Shown here: piece by piece, positions 19,060 to 29,700 of the stretch | Numbering within the stretch: the stretch's first letter is position 1 | Layout of the letters: the number at the start of each line of letters is the position of its first letter | Origin: Acidimicrobiia bacterium | Lineage (GTDB): Bacteria; Actinomycetota; Acidimicrobiia; Actinomarinales; Actinomarinaceae | DNA: 60,876 bases | Assembly: GCA_028376655.1 (NCBI GenBank) | Contig: JAONAZ010000005.1 | Span: 1-60,876, forward strand | Direction of reading: 5' to 3' | The notes under the pieces: model-generated | The model's input: only the letters and a program-made list of their open reading frames with translations | What the model was told of the DNA's origin: nothing | The model's database searches: none | Made by a program: the position numbers and the translations under genes

Positions 19060-20085
19060 TTGAATATGAAACCAAAAAATTACACAGCTGTAATCAAAGT
19101 TATGGGTGTCGGTGGCGGTGGTACTAATGCTGTAAATCGAATGATGAAAATGAATATTGGTGGTGTGGATTTTGTAGCTTGTAACACAGATGCACAAAGC
19201 TTACTAGGTTCTAAAGCGGATTTAAAACTAGACCTAGGTAGAAAATCAACAAGAGGTCTTGGTGCTGGTGCTAATCCCGAAGTTGGCAGACAAGCAGCTA
19301 TAGACTCAGAGGAACTAATTGTTGAAGCACTAAAAGGCTCCGACATGGTTTTTATTGCTGCTGGAGAAGGTGGAGGAACTGGAACTGGTGCCTCACCTGT
19401 TATTGCAAACATTGCTCATGATTTAGGTGCACTTACTGTTGGTGTTGTAACAAGACCTTTCGGATTTGAAGGAAGACGAAGATCTGTACAAGCAGAAGAA
19501 GGAATCCAAGCATTAAGAGATGTAGTTGACACATTAATAGTTATTCCAAATGACAGATTATTGCAGATTAGTGATAAAGATATAAAAGTCAGTGAAGCGT
19601 ATATAAAATCTGATGAAATATTAGCTAATGGTGTTAAAGGTATTACTGGTTTGATTACAAACCCAGGTGTTATAAATGTTGACTTTGCTGATGTAAAGAC
19701 AATTCTTAAAGATGCAGGAAATGCAGTACTTGGTATAGGTAGATCAACTGGAGAGCAAAGAGCTCCTAATGCAGCACAAGCTGCAATATCGTCACCATTA
19801 TTAGAAGCAAATATGGATGGTGCAGAAGGAGTTTTGATTACTATAGCTGGATCTGAAGACCTAAGATTACAAGAGGTTAACGAAGCTGCAAGAGTAATTA
19901 CAGAACGTGCTGACGACAATGCTGAAATTATATTTGGCCATACAGTAGATGAAACTTTAGGTGACGCAGTGGAAGTGACAGTAGTAGCAGCTGGATTTGG
20001 TCCAAGACCAAGTAGAAAGCCAAAAGATTTTGATGAAAATCAAGATACTGGAGGTGACGGTCTTCCCGACTTTATCAAGGGATGA
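19060..20085 (+). CDS. ftsZ: Cell division protein FtsZ
   Basis: GVGGGG, GLGAGANPEVG, GGGTGTG, NVDFAD, C-terminal LPDFIK; GGAG at 19051 favours TTG 19060 or ATG 19066 over 19018. Confidence 0.98.
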   Translation: MNMKPKNYTAVIKVMGVGGGGTNAVNRMMKMNIGGVDFVACNTDAQSLLGSKADLKLDLGRKSTRGLGAGANPEVGRQAAIDSEELIVEALKGSDMVFIAAGEGGGTGTGASPVIANIAHDLGALTVGVVTRPFGFEGRRRSVQAEEGIQALRDVVDTLIVIPNDRLLQISDKDIKVSEAYIKSDEILANGVKGITGLITNPGVINVDFADVKTILKDAGNAVLGIGRSTGEQRAPNAAQAAISSPLLEANMDGAEGVLITIAGSEDLRLQEVNEAARVITERADDNAEIIFGHTVDETLGDAVEVTVVAAGFGPRPSRKPKDFDENQDTGGDGLPDFIKG

Positions 20086-20687
20086 TTGAATCTTCACTTA
20101 TTAAAAAAAGTTACTTTAGTAACAAAAATGATGGCACCAATTTAAATGACATTGTAAGGAGTGTTAACTCATCAGAGTCAATACTCCTTAATGTTGCTCA
20201 AATGGAACAGACACATAGTAGTCATATTGAGCAAATTGAAGCGGAGGGGATCTATTTCTCTGACGGTATAATTACATCAAAAAAAAATGTTTCGTTAGTA
20301 GTTCAAACAGCTGATTGTATGCCCGTACTTATTGAAACAGATAAATGCATTGCAGCACTTCATATAGGCTGGAAGGGTCTTAAGAATAATATTTTTGACT
20401 TAGCTATACAAAAATTAACTGGAGAGAACATGTCAGTTTCAATTGGACCTCATGCTCAAAGCTGTTGTTATGAAGTACAAAAAGATTTAGCTAAATTTTT
20501 TCCTAATGAAATTATTAATAGGAAAGGTAAATTATATTTAATTTTATCAAATAAAATAATTGAATATTGCCAACTTAATAACATCAACTTTCAAGTTTCT
20601 GATATTTGTACTATTTGTAATAATGAATTTTGGTCTTACAGGGAAAACAAAACATCAGAAAGACAGTATTCATTAATATGGATATAA
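20082..20687 (+). CDS. pgeF: PgeF/YlmD/YfiH family protein
   Basis: QTHS, TADCMP, HIGWKG, IGP..CCYEV, CT.C..WSYR. Confidence 0.88.
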   Translation: MIESSLIKKSYFSNKNDGTNLNDIVRSVNSSESILLNVAQMEQTHSSHIEQIEAEGIYFSDGIITSKKNVSLVVQTADCMPVLIETDKCIAALHIGWKGLKNNIFDLAIQKLTGENMSVSIGPHAQSCCYEVQKDLAKFFPNEIINRKGKLYLILSNKIIEYCQLNNINFQVSDICTICNNEFWSYRENKTSERQYSLIWI

Positions 20688-21292
20688 AGAACCTTGAAAA
20701 AATAGTAAATACAGTATCAGAATTCGACTGTAAAGTTCTACCTGTTGTAAAAAATCAAGATATAAAAAATATTCAGAAATTAGTTGATTTTGGAATAAAA
20801 GACCTTGGTGAAAACAGATTGAATGAACTTGATTCACATAAAGAATATTTCCCAAATTTGAGTTTCCATTTCATTGCACCTTTGCAATCAAGAAAAATCC
20901 CTGAAATCATGGGTAAATGTACGAGTTTACATTCTGTATCCAGATTGAAGGAGTTAGATCTTATAGCTAATTATTATTCAAATCAATTTATTTTTATACA
21001 GGTAAACATTGACAATGATCCCAACAAGAGTGGCATAGATAAAAATGATTTAAATACTTTTATTAACCATGCACAAACTAAGGGAATATATCCTTCAGGT
21101 TTAATGTGTATCCCAAACATAGAGTCAGATAGAAAGTTTGTTTTTTCTGAAATGCAGAAAATAAATGATGATTTAAAAAAGAATTTCTCTGATTATCCTG
21201 GCGGCCTGTCAATGGGGATGTCTAATGACTATGAAATTGCACTGGATTATGGTGCTACGATAATTCGTATAGGTAGTAAAATATTTTTATAA
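20678..21292 (+). CDS. yggS: PLP homeostasis protein (YggS/YlmE)
   Basis: VVK, LGENR, HFIAPLQSRK, GLMCIP, LSMGMSNDYEIA, RIGS. Confidence 0.92.
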   Translation: MDIKNLEKIVNTVSEFDCKVLPVVKNQDIKNIQKLVDFGIKDLGENRLNELDSHKEYFPNLSFHFIAPLQSRKIPEIMGKCTSLHSVSRLKELDLIANYYSNQFIFIQVNIDNDPNKSGIDKNDLNTFINHAQTKGIYPSGLMCIPNIESDRKFVFSEMQKINDDLKKNFSDYPGGLSMGMSNDYEIALDYGATIIRIGSKIFL

Positions 21293-21732
21293 TGTTAGAA
21301 AAATTCTTAGTAGCAATTGGACTCAAGCAACCAGAAAATATAAATATTGGAGCTTTAACCAAAGAAAATAAAACGGTCAGACCGTCTACTGAAAATAGAT
21401 TCTCTACTGACGAGCAAGTTGGTGACGTAAGAATACATAATCCAAAAGATGAGGTAGAGATTAAAGTTCTAAAGTCTTTTAGTGACATACACAACCTGGG
21501 AAGTGTCGTTAAAGAAGACTTTATTGTTGCTATGGATATCAGGGATATTAGTGATCAAACTGACCGTAGAAGAATTATAGATTTTGTAACTGGCATGGCA
21601 TTTATTAGTGATGCAAAAATAAGGTCAATTAATAAAGATGGTGTTTACTTAATTCTCCCAGCTTCATCTTCACTTCCTTCAAGCGAAAGAGAAAGACTTC
21701 AAAACTTGGGTCTTTATAATATCAATGTGTAG
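21292..21732 (+). CDS. sepF: Cell division protein SepF
   Basis: RRIIDFVTG motif; lies after yggS. Confidence 0.85.
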   Translation: MLEKFLVAIGLKQPENINIGALTKENKTVRPSTENRFSTDEQVGDVRIHNPKDEVEIKVLKSFSDIHNLGSVVKEDFIVAMDIRDISDQTDRRRIIDFVTGMAFISDAKIRSINKDGVYLILPASSSLPSSERERLQNLGLYNINV

Positions 21733-21991
21733 TTTACTGATACTATTCTTTAGATTTTTTTCATACGCTCTATTTGCATGGATAATTTTAAGTTGGGTCC
21801 AAGTTTCACCAGACCATCCCTTAGGGCAATTAAAAAGTGTGCTTGATAAAGGATTTACAAGAATACTTGAGCCAATTCGTTCAAGAATACCAACTTTAAG
21901 AATAGGTATGGCTGGCTTAGATTTATCACCACTAATTTTAATTTTTGGTGTTAATTTATTACAGCCTTATTTACTTAGAGCTGTTTGTTAA
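21725..21991 (+). CDS. yggT: YggT/YlmG family membrane protein
   Basis: IILSW, LEPIRSRIP, GLDLSPLI. Confidence 0.88.
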   Translation: MCSLLILFFRFFSYALFAWIILSWVQVSPDHPLGQLKSVLDKGFTRILEPIRSRIPTLRIGMAGLDLSPLILIFGVNLLQPYLLRAVC

Positions 21992-24900
21992 GCTTTTTCT
22001 ATTTTTATAGTTACCGAGTAGTCCAATAAATTTAATTCACCAGGTTCGCTCACTGAAGAAAAATTAATGGAAAGTGTTTCATTTTTAATATAGTTTTGAT
22101 GATACTTTATTGCTGATAGAAGTAATTCATCCGAAGAAACAATTGTTGTTTTTATACGATCTGTTATATCATATCCATTATCTTTACGCATTTTTTGAAT
22201 TAAAGATACAATCTCTCTTGAAATTCTTTCTTTGAGTAGCTCATCATCTATGTCTACATCAAGAGAAACAAGAAAATCATCAACAATATCCTGATTCAGT
22301 GAATCTGAAATTGCTACAAGTTGTAAATCTAAACTGTCTAATTCAATTTTCTGATTATTGTAGTTGAAAAATCCCTGTTCAATTATTTTTGCAATTTCTT
22401 CCTGTTGAAGTGAATCTAGCTTAGATTTAAGATTATTTACTTCTTTTCCTAACTTTGGACCTAATTTTTGATAATTAGGCTTACATATGTACTTAACCCA
22501 CTCAGATATATTATTTTCAAAGGTTAATTTTTTAACATTTAATTCATTAAGAATTATTTTTTCAACATTTTTTATTTGAGATTGGAGACTTTTATCGGAG
22601 GTCACAATTTTCACACTTCTTAATGGTTGTTTATTAGGTAGCTCTACGTTAAGTCTTATATTTCTTGCTGAGCGTATTATATTCTTAGCAATCTTTATTT
22701 CTTTTTCTAATTCTGTATTTATTAATTCATCATTTGCAACCGGATAGTTTTCATAATGTATACTTGTATTTTCTTCATCTACTAAACCCTGATAAATCTC
22801 TTCACATATAAACGGTAGTACAGGAGCCATTGTTTTAGAGAACTCTAACAAAACTTCATGCAATGTTTTAAAAGCATTAATTTTATCAAGGTCATCTACA
22901 CCTTTTTCTTTCCAAAACCTTTTCCTGTTAGACCGAACATACCAATTGGTTAGTTCTTCTATAAAACTTATTAATGGTGGTATTACTTCATATAAATAAT
23001 AGTTTTCCATTTTTTCATTTACTGTTTTAATCAATGACTGGAGTGTGGAAATTATCCACTGGTCCATTAAAGGTCTATCTTGAACTGGATCAGCTTTACT
23101 TAAATCTTCCATTGTTATTTCATCAGCATTTGCATAATTAGAAAAAAATGTAAAACTATTCCACAGTGGCAAAATTACATTTCTAGTTACTAGTTGTACT
23201 CCTTCTTCTGAGAATTTTAAAGGTTCACCTCTTACGACAGGAGAATTTATTAGGTATGCTCTTAAGCTATCACCACCGTAATTATTTAGTAATTCCTCTG
23301 GATCGGGATAGTTTTTTAGACTCTTACTCATTTTCCTACCGTCTTCAGCGAGGATCATTCCTGTAGTTATACAATTTTTAAAAGCTACCGAGTCAAAAAG
23401 TGCTACAGAAAGTATTGTAAGAGTGTAAAACCAACCTCTTGTTTGATCTAGACCTTCAGCTACAAAATCTGCAGGAAAACCATCCAAAAATTCATCCTTA
23501 TTTTCAAAAGGGTAATGTTGTTGCCCATAAGGCATAGACCCTGATTCAAACCAACAATCTAGAACTTCAGATGTTCTTACATATTTTTTACCTTTTATCT
23601 CTATTTCAATATCATCTAAATAATGTTTGTGAAGATCGTCTACCTTAACACCACTCAATTCTTCAAGTTCTTCAATCGAGCCAATGCAAATCTGATCTGT
23701 AGGATCTTCTGTATTAATCCACACTGGAATACAGCTACCCCAATACCTATTTCTACTTATAGCCCAGTCACGAGCATTACCTAGCCAATTTGAGAATCGT
23801 TTTTCCCCAATGAAACCTGGCACCCAATGGGTTTCTTCATTTAACTCAACCATCCGATCTCTTATTTTTTCAACCCTTACAAACCAGGTAGGAATTGCCT
23901 TATATATTAAAGGTGTTCCTGTTCTCCAGCAGAAGGGATATGAATGCATTTCTGTCTTTTGACTGAATAAAGAACCACGTTCTTTTAACTGTTTCATTAT
24001 GACCTTATCAGCATCTTTTACATTTAATCCTTCTATTCCTTCAACAGAATTGTCAAATTTACCTGATAGGGTTACTGGATCAACTATTACCTCGATACCT
24101 GCATTTTTAAGTGCATAAAAATCACTTTCACCATAAGCAGGGGCTTGCGAAACCAAGCCAGATCCAGATTCAGTATTGGTATCATCACTATGAATTAATC
24201 TAAATGCACCGTTCGAGTGTTCGTGTTCATACTCACTATAAGCTGGTATATATTCTGCTCCTATCATCTCAGCACCGAGTGATTCGTCCAAAATATTTAA
24301 TTCATAGTCTTTTAATTCAGTAATCAAATCTTTTGCTATCCAAAAGAAATCATTTTCAATTTGAACGCGTAAATACGTAATATCTTTACCTACAGCGACT
24401 GCCAAATTTCCAGGTATACACCAAGGTGTAGTTGTCCAGACCAAGAATTTATCAGATTCTTTTATTTTATTAAAATCACTTCGCGCATCTAAGGTAAAGA
24501 AAATTGAGGGATCTTCAACATCTCTGTAATCCATATTTGCTTCAAAATTCGATAAGGGAGTAGCAGCAGACCAGGAGTAAGGTAACACTTTGTAATCTTT
24601 ATAGATTAAATCATTTTCCCATAAGTTTTTAAATACCCACCAAACACTTTCCATGAAGTCAATATCCATAGTGTTGTAGTCATTTTCAAAATCAACCCAC
24701 CTACCAATTTTTCTTGTAACTCGCTCCCAGTTTTCGGTATTTGTTTGAACTTGACTTCTGCATGCTTCATTAAATTTACCGATGCCAAAGTCGTTTATTT
24801 GTTGAGGATCCTCTAATCCAAGTTGTTTTTGTACTTCCATTTCAATTGGAAGTCCATGAACATCCCAACCAAATCGTCTTTCAACGTAATAACCCCGCAT

Positions 24901-25119
24901 TGTCCAGTATCTGGGGACAATATCTTTTAGAACTCCAGCTAGCAGGTTTCCATAATGAGGACTACCCGTAGGAAATGGCGGGCCATCATAAAATCTAAAA
25001 ACTTTACCATTTTTCCTTTTTTGCATTGAGTTATCAAATGCATTTATTTCATCCCAGTAAGAGGAAATACTTTGTTCTTGAGTTGCAAGATTTATATTAT
25101 TATTAATTCTTTTGAACAT
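21988..25119 (-). CDS. ileS: Isoleucine--tRNA ligase, type 2
   Basis: FYDGPPF..PHYGN, GWDVHGLP, WTTTPW, DWAISRNRYWG, EGLDQTRGWF, KMSKS; long type-2 C-terminus. Confidence 0.97.
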   Translation of the reverse strand: MFKRINNNINLATQEQSISSYWDEINAFDNSMQKRKNGKVFRFYDGPPFPTGSPHYGNLLAGVLKDIVPRYWTMRGYYVERRFGWDVHGLPIEMEVQKQLGLEDPQQINDFGIGKFNEACRSQVQTNTENWERVTRKIGRWVDFENDYNTMDIDFMESVWWVFKNLWENDLIYKDYKVLPYSWSAATPLSNFEANMDYRDVEDPSIFFTLDARSDFNKIKESDKFLVWTTTPWCIPGNLAVAVGKDITYLRVQIENDFFWIAKDLITELKDYELNILDESLGAEMIGAEYIPAYSEYEHEHSNGAFRLIHSDDTNTESGSGLVSQAPAYGESDFYALKNAGIEVIVDPVTLSGKFDNSVEGIEGLNVKDADKVIMKQLKERGSLFSQKTEMHSYPFCWRTGTPLIYKAIPTWFVRVEKIRDRMVELNEETHWVPGFIGEKRFSNWLGNARDWAISRNRYWGSCIPVWINTEDPTDQICIGSIEELEELSGVKVDDLHKHYLDDIEIEIKGKKYVRTSEVLDCWFESGSMPYGQQHYPFENKDEFLDGFPADFVAEGLDQTRGWFYTLTILSVALFDSVAFKNCITTGMILAEDGRKMSKSLKNYPDPEELLNNYGGDSLRAYLINSPVVRGEPLKFSEEGVQLVTRNVILPLWNSFTFFSNYANADEITMEDLSKADPVQDRPLMDQWIISTLQSLIKTVNEKMENYYLYEVIPPLISFIEELTNWYVRSNRKRFWKEKGVDDLDKINAFKTLHEVLLEFSKTMAPVLPFICEEIYQGLVDEENTSIHYENYPVANDELINTELEKEIKIAKNIIRSARNIRLNVELPNKQPLRSVKIVTSDKSLQSQIKNVEKIILNELNVKKLTFENNISEWVKYICKPNYQKLGPKLGKEVNNLKSKLDSLQQEEIAKIIEQGFFNYNNQKIELDSLDLQLVAISDSLNQDIVDDFLVSLDVDIDDELLKERISREIVSLIQKMRKDNGYDITDRIKTTIVSSDELLLSAIKYHQNYIKNETLSINFSSVSEPGELNLLDYSVTIKIEKA

Positions 25120-25242
25120 ATCTTTAAAATTTTAAAGCTTTTTAAAATAAATATACAGATTATAAAGATTATTTAATAATTTATAAAATACTTAACTTTT
25201 CGCAGAAATTTACTAAGATATTTAAATTAATAGGAAATATAT

Positions 25243-25620
25243 ATGACAAGAAAATTATCAGCTAATACAGTAAATAAATTCAAGAAAAAACTTGAAGAAG
25301 AGAGAGGTAATCTTATAACTCTACTTGAAAGACACCAAGAAGAGCGTGAAAAAGTTAGACTTTCCGAGGGTTCAGCAGAGAGAAGTCCTGATCCATCCGA
25401 AGCTGATGGAGGGTCTATGGCTTTCGAATTAGAAAAAGAGTTAACACTTGATGAAAATACAAAATACCTTTTAAACCAAATTGAGCATGCCTTATTCCTT
25501 ATAAAGAAAAAGAAATACGGTATTTGTGAAAATTGTGGGAATGCAATACCTTTAGCAAGACTTGAAGCATTACCATATTCATCAAACTGTAAAGATTGCG
25601 CCCTTTTAATTGATTCTTAA
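25243..25620 (+). CDS. TraR/DksA C4-type zinc finger protein
   Basis: Coiled coil plus YGICENCG..IPLARLEALP...CKDC. Confidence 0.9.
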   Translation: MTRKLSANTVNKFKKKLEEERGNLITLLERHQEEREKVRLSEGSAERSPDPSEADGGSMAFELEKELTLDENTKYLLNQIEHALFLIKKKKYGICENCGNAIPLARLEALPYSSNCKDCALLIDS

Positions 25621-26068
25621 AAAATATTTATTACCAACAGTCACAGTAATTTCCCTAGCGTTGATTGATAATTTGAGTAAATATTATGTAAGAGTTGAAA
25701 ATATTCAAGAATTAGTAATAATCGAAAATTTTCTAACGATTGACTTAACTTACAACACCGGAATAGCTTTCGGTTTTCTGAGCGACTATACAAACACAAC
25801 CTATGCTGTTTCACTTTTAGTCCTAATTTGGCTAGTTTTTCAAATAAAAGATTCTCAAGGTAGTTCCATAGAATTATATTCTTTCACATTAATACTTGGA
25901 GGAGCCGTTGGAAACCTATCTGAAAGAGGTTGGAATCTGATCACAGATAATGGAGGAAAAGTAACTGACTTTATAGAACTTCTATTTATTCCTAGTTTTA
26001 ATTTTGCAGATTCATTGATAAGTATTGGTATATCGTTGCTATTGTTTTCGGAGTTTAAAAATAGATAA
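25610..26068 (+). CDS. lspA: Lipoprotein signal peptidase II
   Basis: DNLSK, NTGIAFG, GGAVGNLSER, VTDFI, FNFAD. Confidence 0.92.
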   Translation: MILKKYLLPTVTVISLALIDNLSKYYVRVENIQELVIIENFLTIDLTYNTGIAFGFLSDYTNTTYAVSLLVLIWLVFQIKDSQGSSIELYSFTLILGGAVGNLSERGWNLITDNGGKVTDFIELLFIPSFNFADSLISIGISLLLFSEFKNR

Positions 26069-26735
26069 TATAGAAATAGTTTATAAAAATGAAAGTTTCA
26101 TTATCTTTAACAAACCGAATGGTTTGCTTACCCACCCAACCAATAAGTCAACAGAGATAACCTTACGTGATTATCTTATTAATCAATATCCAACTATTTT
26201 AACTTGGGGAGAGGATGGTAGGGAAGGGATTGTTCACAGGCTAGATAGAGCTACTTCGGGATTGATTGTATGTGCATTAAAATTAGATTCATTTATGGAA
26301 TTGAAAGATAAATTCAAAAATAGAAATATTCAAAAAAAATATACTGCCTTAATCGAAGGTTCCTTACCATCTGAATCTGGAACTTTAAAACTTCCTCTTG
26401 CTAGGTCTATACAAAATCGGAGTAAACGGACAGTTAGTGAAACAGGTCGTGATTCAATCACCGACTACGAAGTAATAAAAATTTATGAAAATTTAAATAT
26501 TTCAAAAATAGAGTTAGGGTTAATAACCGGTAGGAACCACCAAATAAGGGCACATATGGAATATATGAAGACACCAATCCTTAATGACACACTTTATAGT
26601 GCGAGCAGGAATAATCTTATCCCAACTAATTCAGTAGCTCTACACTCTGGATTCTTAAAATTTAAGCTTAATGATATAGTTCACTCATTTAGTGCTGAAC
26701 CTCCTAATTTTTTTTATCAAGTCTTAGAAGTGTAA
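26061..26735 (+). CDS. RluA family pseudouridine synthase without S4 domain; start uncertain (ATA 26061 or TTG 26025)
   Basis: NKPNGL, GIVHRLDRATSG, TGRNHQIRAH, PILND.LY, LHS. Confidence 0.88.
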   Translation: MDNIEIVYKNESFIIFNKPNGLLTHPTNKSTEITLRDYLINQYPTILTWGEDGREGIVHRLDRATSGLIVCALKLDSFMELKDKFKNRNIQKKYTALIEGSLPSESGTLKLPLARSIQNRSKRTVSETGRDSITDYEVIKIYENLNISKIELGLITGRNHQIRAHMEYMKTPILNDTLYSASRNNLIPTNSVALHSGFLKFKLNDIVHSFSAEPPNFFYQVLEV

Positions 26736-26764
26736 TTATTTAAAAATACTTTTAATATGTTTCT

Positions 26765-29700
26765 ATGAGTAAATCTTTTGTACACCTGCACGCACATACT
26801 GAGTACTCAATGCTTGATGGAGCGGCAAAAATACAAACATATATAGATAGAGTAAAGGAACTCAATCAACCCGCAGCTGCTATAACTGACCATGGAAATC
26901 TTTATGGTGCTTTGGAGTTTTACAATTTAGCAAAGAAAAGTGGAGTAAAACCAATTATTGGATATGAAGCATATGTAACTACAGAATCAAGATTTGATCG
27001 TCCTGATAGGATTAAAAATAAACGTTATCACCTGACACTTTTAGCAGAAAATAATGAAGGTTATTGGAACCTTGTAAACCTAGCCAGTAAGGCATTTACT
27101 GATGGTTATTACTACAAACCAAGACTTGATTACGACTTAATGAGAGAACATTCAAAAGGAGTAATAGCATTATCTGGTTGCCTTGGAGGAGAAATAGCTC
27201 AGCACTTAGCTCCAGACGGTTCGACTGAAGAGGGTAATGATGAAGGTGAAAGAAGTTATAAAAAGGCTCTTGAAAAGGCGACTTTATATCAAGAAATTTT
27301 TGGTATAGAAAATTTTTATATAGAACTCCATAAACACGGAATTAAACAACAAGAATTGATACTTCCAGACTTATTAAAAATATCAAATGAACTTTCAGCT
27401 CCATTAGTAGCAACAAATGATTCTCATTATGTTAATCCAGAGGATTCTTCTGCACATGATGCATTACTATGCGTTCAAACGAATGCAACGATTGATGATG
27501 AGTCTAGGTTTAAATTTGAAGGTGGAGGATATTATGTTAAATCTTCAGAAGAGATGCGTGAACTATTTAATGACGAGGAATACCCAGATGCATGTGATAA
27601 TACATTAAAAATAGCTGATAGAGTTAGCTATAGCTTTGAGTCGGGAAAATATTATTTACCAGCTTTTCCAATTGATGATCCAAACTTAACAGTCGAAGAG
27701 TACCTTAAAAATCTTGTCTACGATGGGGCAGCGTCAGTATATGAAGAATTAACTGATCAAGTCACTCAAAGAATAGAATATGAACTCGATGTTATAAATT
27801 CAATGGGATTCGCTTCTTATTTTTTAATAGTTGGTGATCTTATTAAATATGCAAAAGATAACAATATAAGAACAGGTGCTGGGAGAGGTTCTGCAGCAGG
27901 GTCGATTGTTTCGTACTGTCTTGGTATAACAGGAATTGAACCTCTAAAATATGGCTTACTTTTTGAGAGATTCTTAAATAAAGGACGTAAAGAATTACCA
28001 GATATTGACATGGATATTGATGAGCGTTACCGTAAAGATGTTATTGATTACGTCATAAACAAATATGGGGAAGACAAAGTCGCCCACATCGTAACTTTTG
28101 CAACAATAAAAGCTAAACAAGCAATTCGAGATTCTTCAAGAGTCTTAGGACTACCTTTTTCAGCAGGGGATAAAGTAGCCAAACTTATGCCACCAATGAT
28201 CCTTGGTAACACAGCAACCCTTTCTGAATGCTTGGCTTTAGATGAAGAAAACAATAGTGGATACAGCAAAGAGTTTTATTCTGCTTCTGCTGAATTAAGG
28301 ACGCAATATAAAAATGATCAAGAAGTTAAAAAGATTATTGATATTGCTCTTGGGCTTGAAGGCCTAAGAAGACAGGATGGTATACACGCAGCTGCTGTAG
28401 TCATATCTCCTGAAGCTATTACTAACTTTTTACCAGTCCAAAAGAAAGGTAAAGATGCAGAGTTAGTTACCCAGTATGAAATGCATACCGTTGAACAATT
28501 AGGATTATTAAAAATGGATTTCTTAGGTCTTAGAAATTTGTCAATCATAGACAGGACAGTCAAACTTATAAATAAAGATGATTTTAATATTGATGACGTG
28601 CCCCTTAACGACGATAAAACTTTTGAATTATTTTCATCCGGAAGAATGATTGGTGTTTTTCAACTCGAAAGTAGAATTGCTCAAATCACAGCAAGAAGCC
28701 TAAAACCAAGTAGGTTTGAAGACATTGTTGCACTTGTAGCGCTAATTAGACCTGGCCCTTTAGGAGCAAACATGCATATTGAGTTTGCAGATAGAGCGAG
28801 AGGGAAGAAAGAAATTGAATTTCTCCATGAGGATTTGAAAGAAATTCTAGAAGAAACTTATGGTGTTATTTTATACCAGGAACAGGTTATGCAGATTGCT
28901 CAAAGAATTTCTGGATTTCAACTAGATGAAGCGGATGATCTTAGAAAGGCAATGGGAAAAAAGATTCCTAAAGTAATGGAGCAACAGAGGAAAAAATTTA
29001 CTGATGGAGCAGTTACTAATGGGTACTCTGAACAATTCTCGATCGAACTTTTTGATCAGATAGCATTTTTTGCTGGTTATGGTTTTAATAAAAGTCACTC
29101 GGTACCTTACGCCCTTATCGCTTATCAAACAGCATATTTGAAGGCAAATTATCCGGCAGAGTATTTATCTGCATGTTTAACTGCAGTTAAAAGAGACAAG
29201 GATAGAACAGCTATATTTCTTTCTGAAGCTAGAGAGTTAGGAGTTAATGTAAAAACTCCTAATATTAATTTAAGTATAGAAGATTTTTCTGTTGCTAATG
29301 GTGAAATTCTTTTTGGACTTTCTGCAATAAGAAATGTTGGAGACATTACTGCTGAAAAAATTGTACTTGAAAGAGAAAATGGAGCATATGAAACCATTCA
29401 AGATTTTCTATCTCGTACAGATTCCAGATCATTGAATAAAAGAGGCGTAGAAGCCATGATTCAGGGTGGGGCTTTTGATCAATTTGGTTTTCCAAGAAGG
29501 GGCTTATATGAATCAATAATTGACCTTATAGAAGATGCAAAAGGCTTGAAGAAGGAAAAAGACAATTCCCAAACTTCTTTATTTTCTTTAGAAGAGCATT
29601 CAAATGAACTTACAAGTATTAAAAATATAGAATGGGATAAGAAAGAACTACTCGATAGAGAACGAGAAATGCTAGGGTTTTTTGTTAGTGAAGACCCGCT

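Noticed and set aside
19080-19919. Long antisense ORFs opposite ftsZ (and similar ones opposite dnaE, polA, rpsA, uvrABC, merR, ccdA)
   Set aside because: Shadow frames of well-supported genes with no motifs or independent start signals
27205-27260. Acidic insertion in the DnaE PHP domain as an intein remnant
   Set aside because: Only about 15 aa, no intein terminal motifs, protein length is normal
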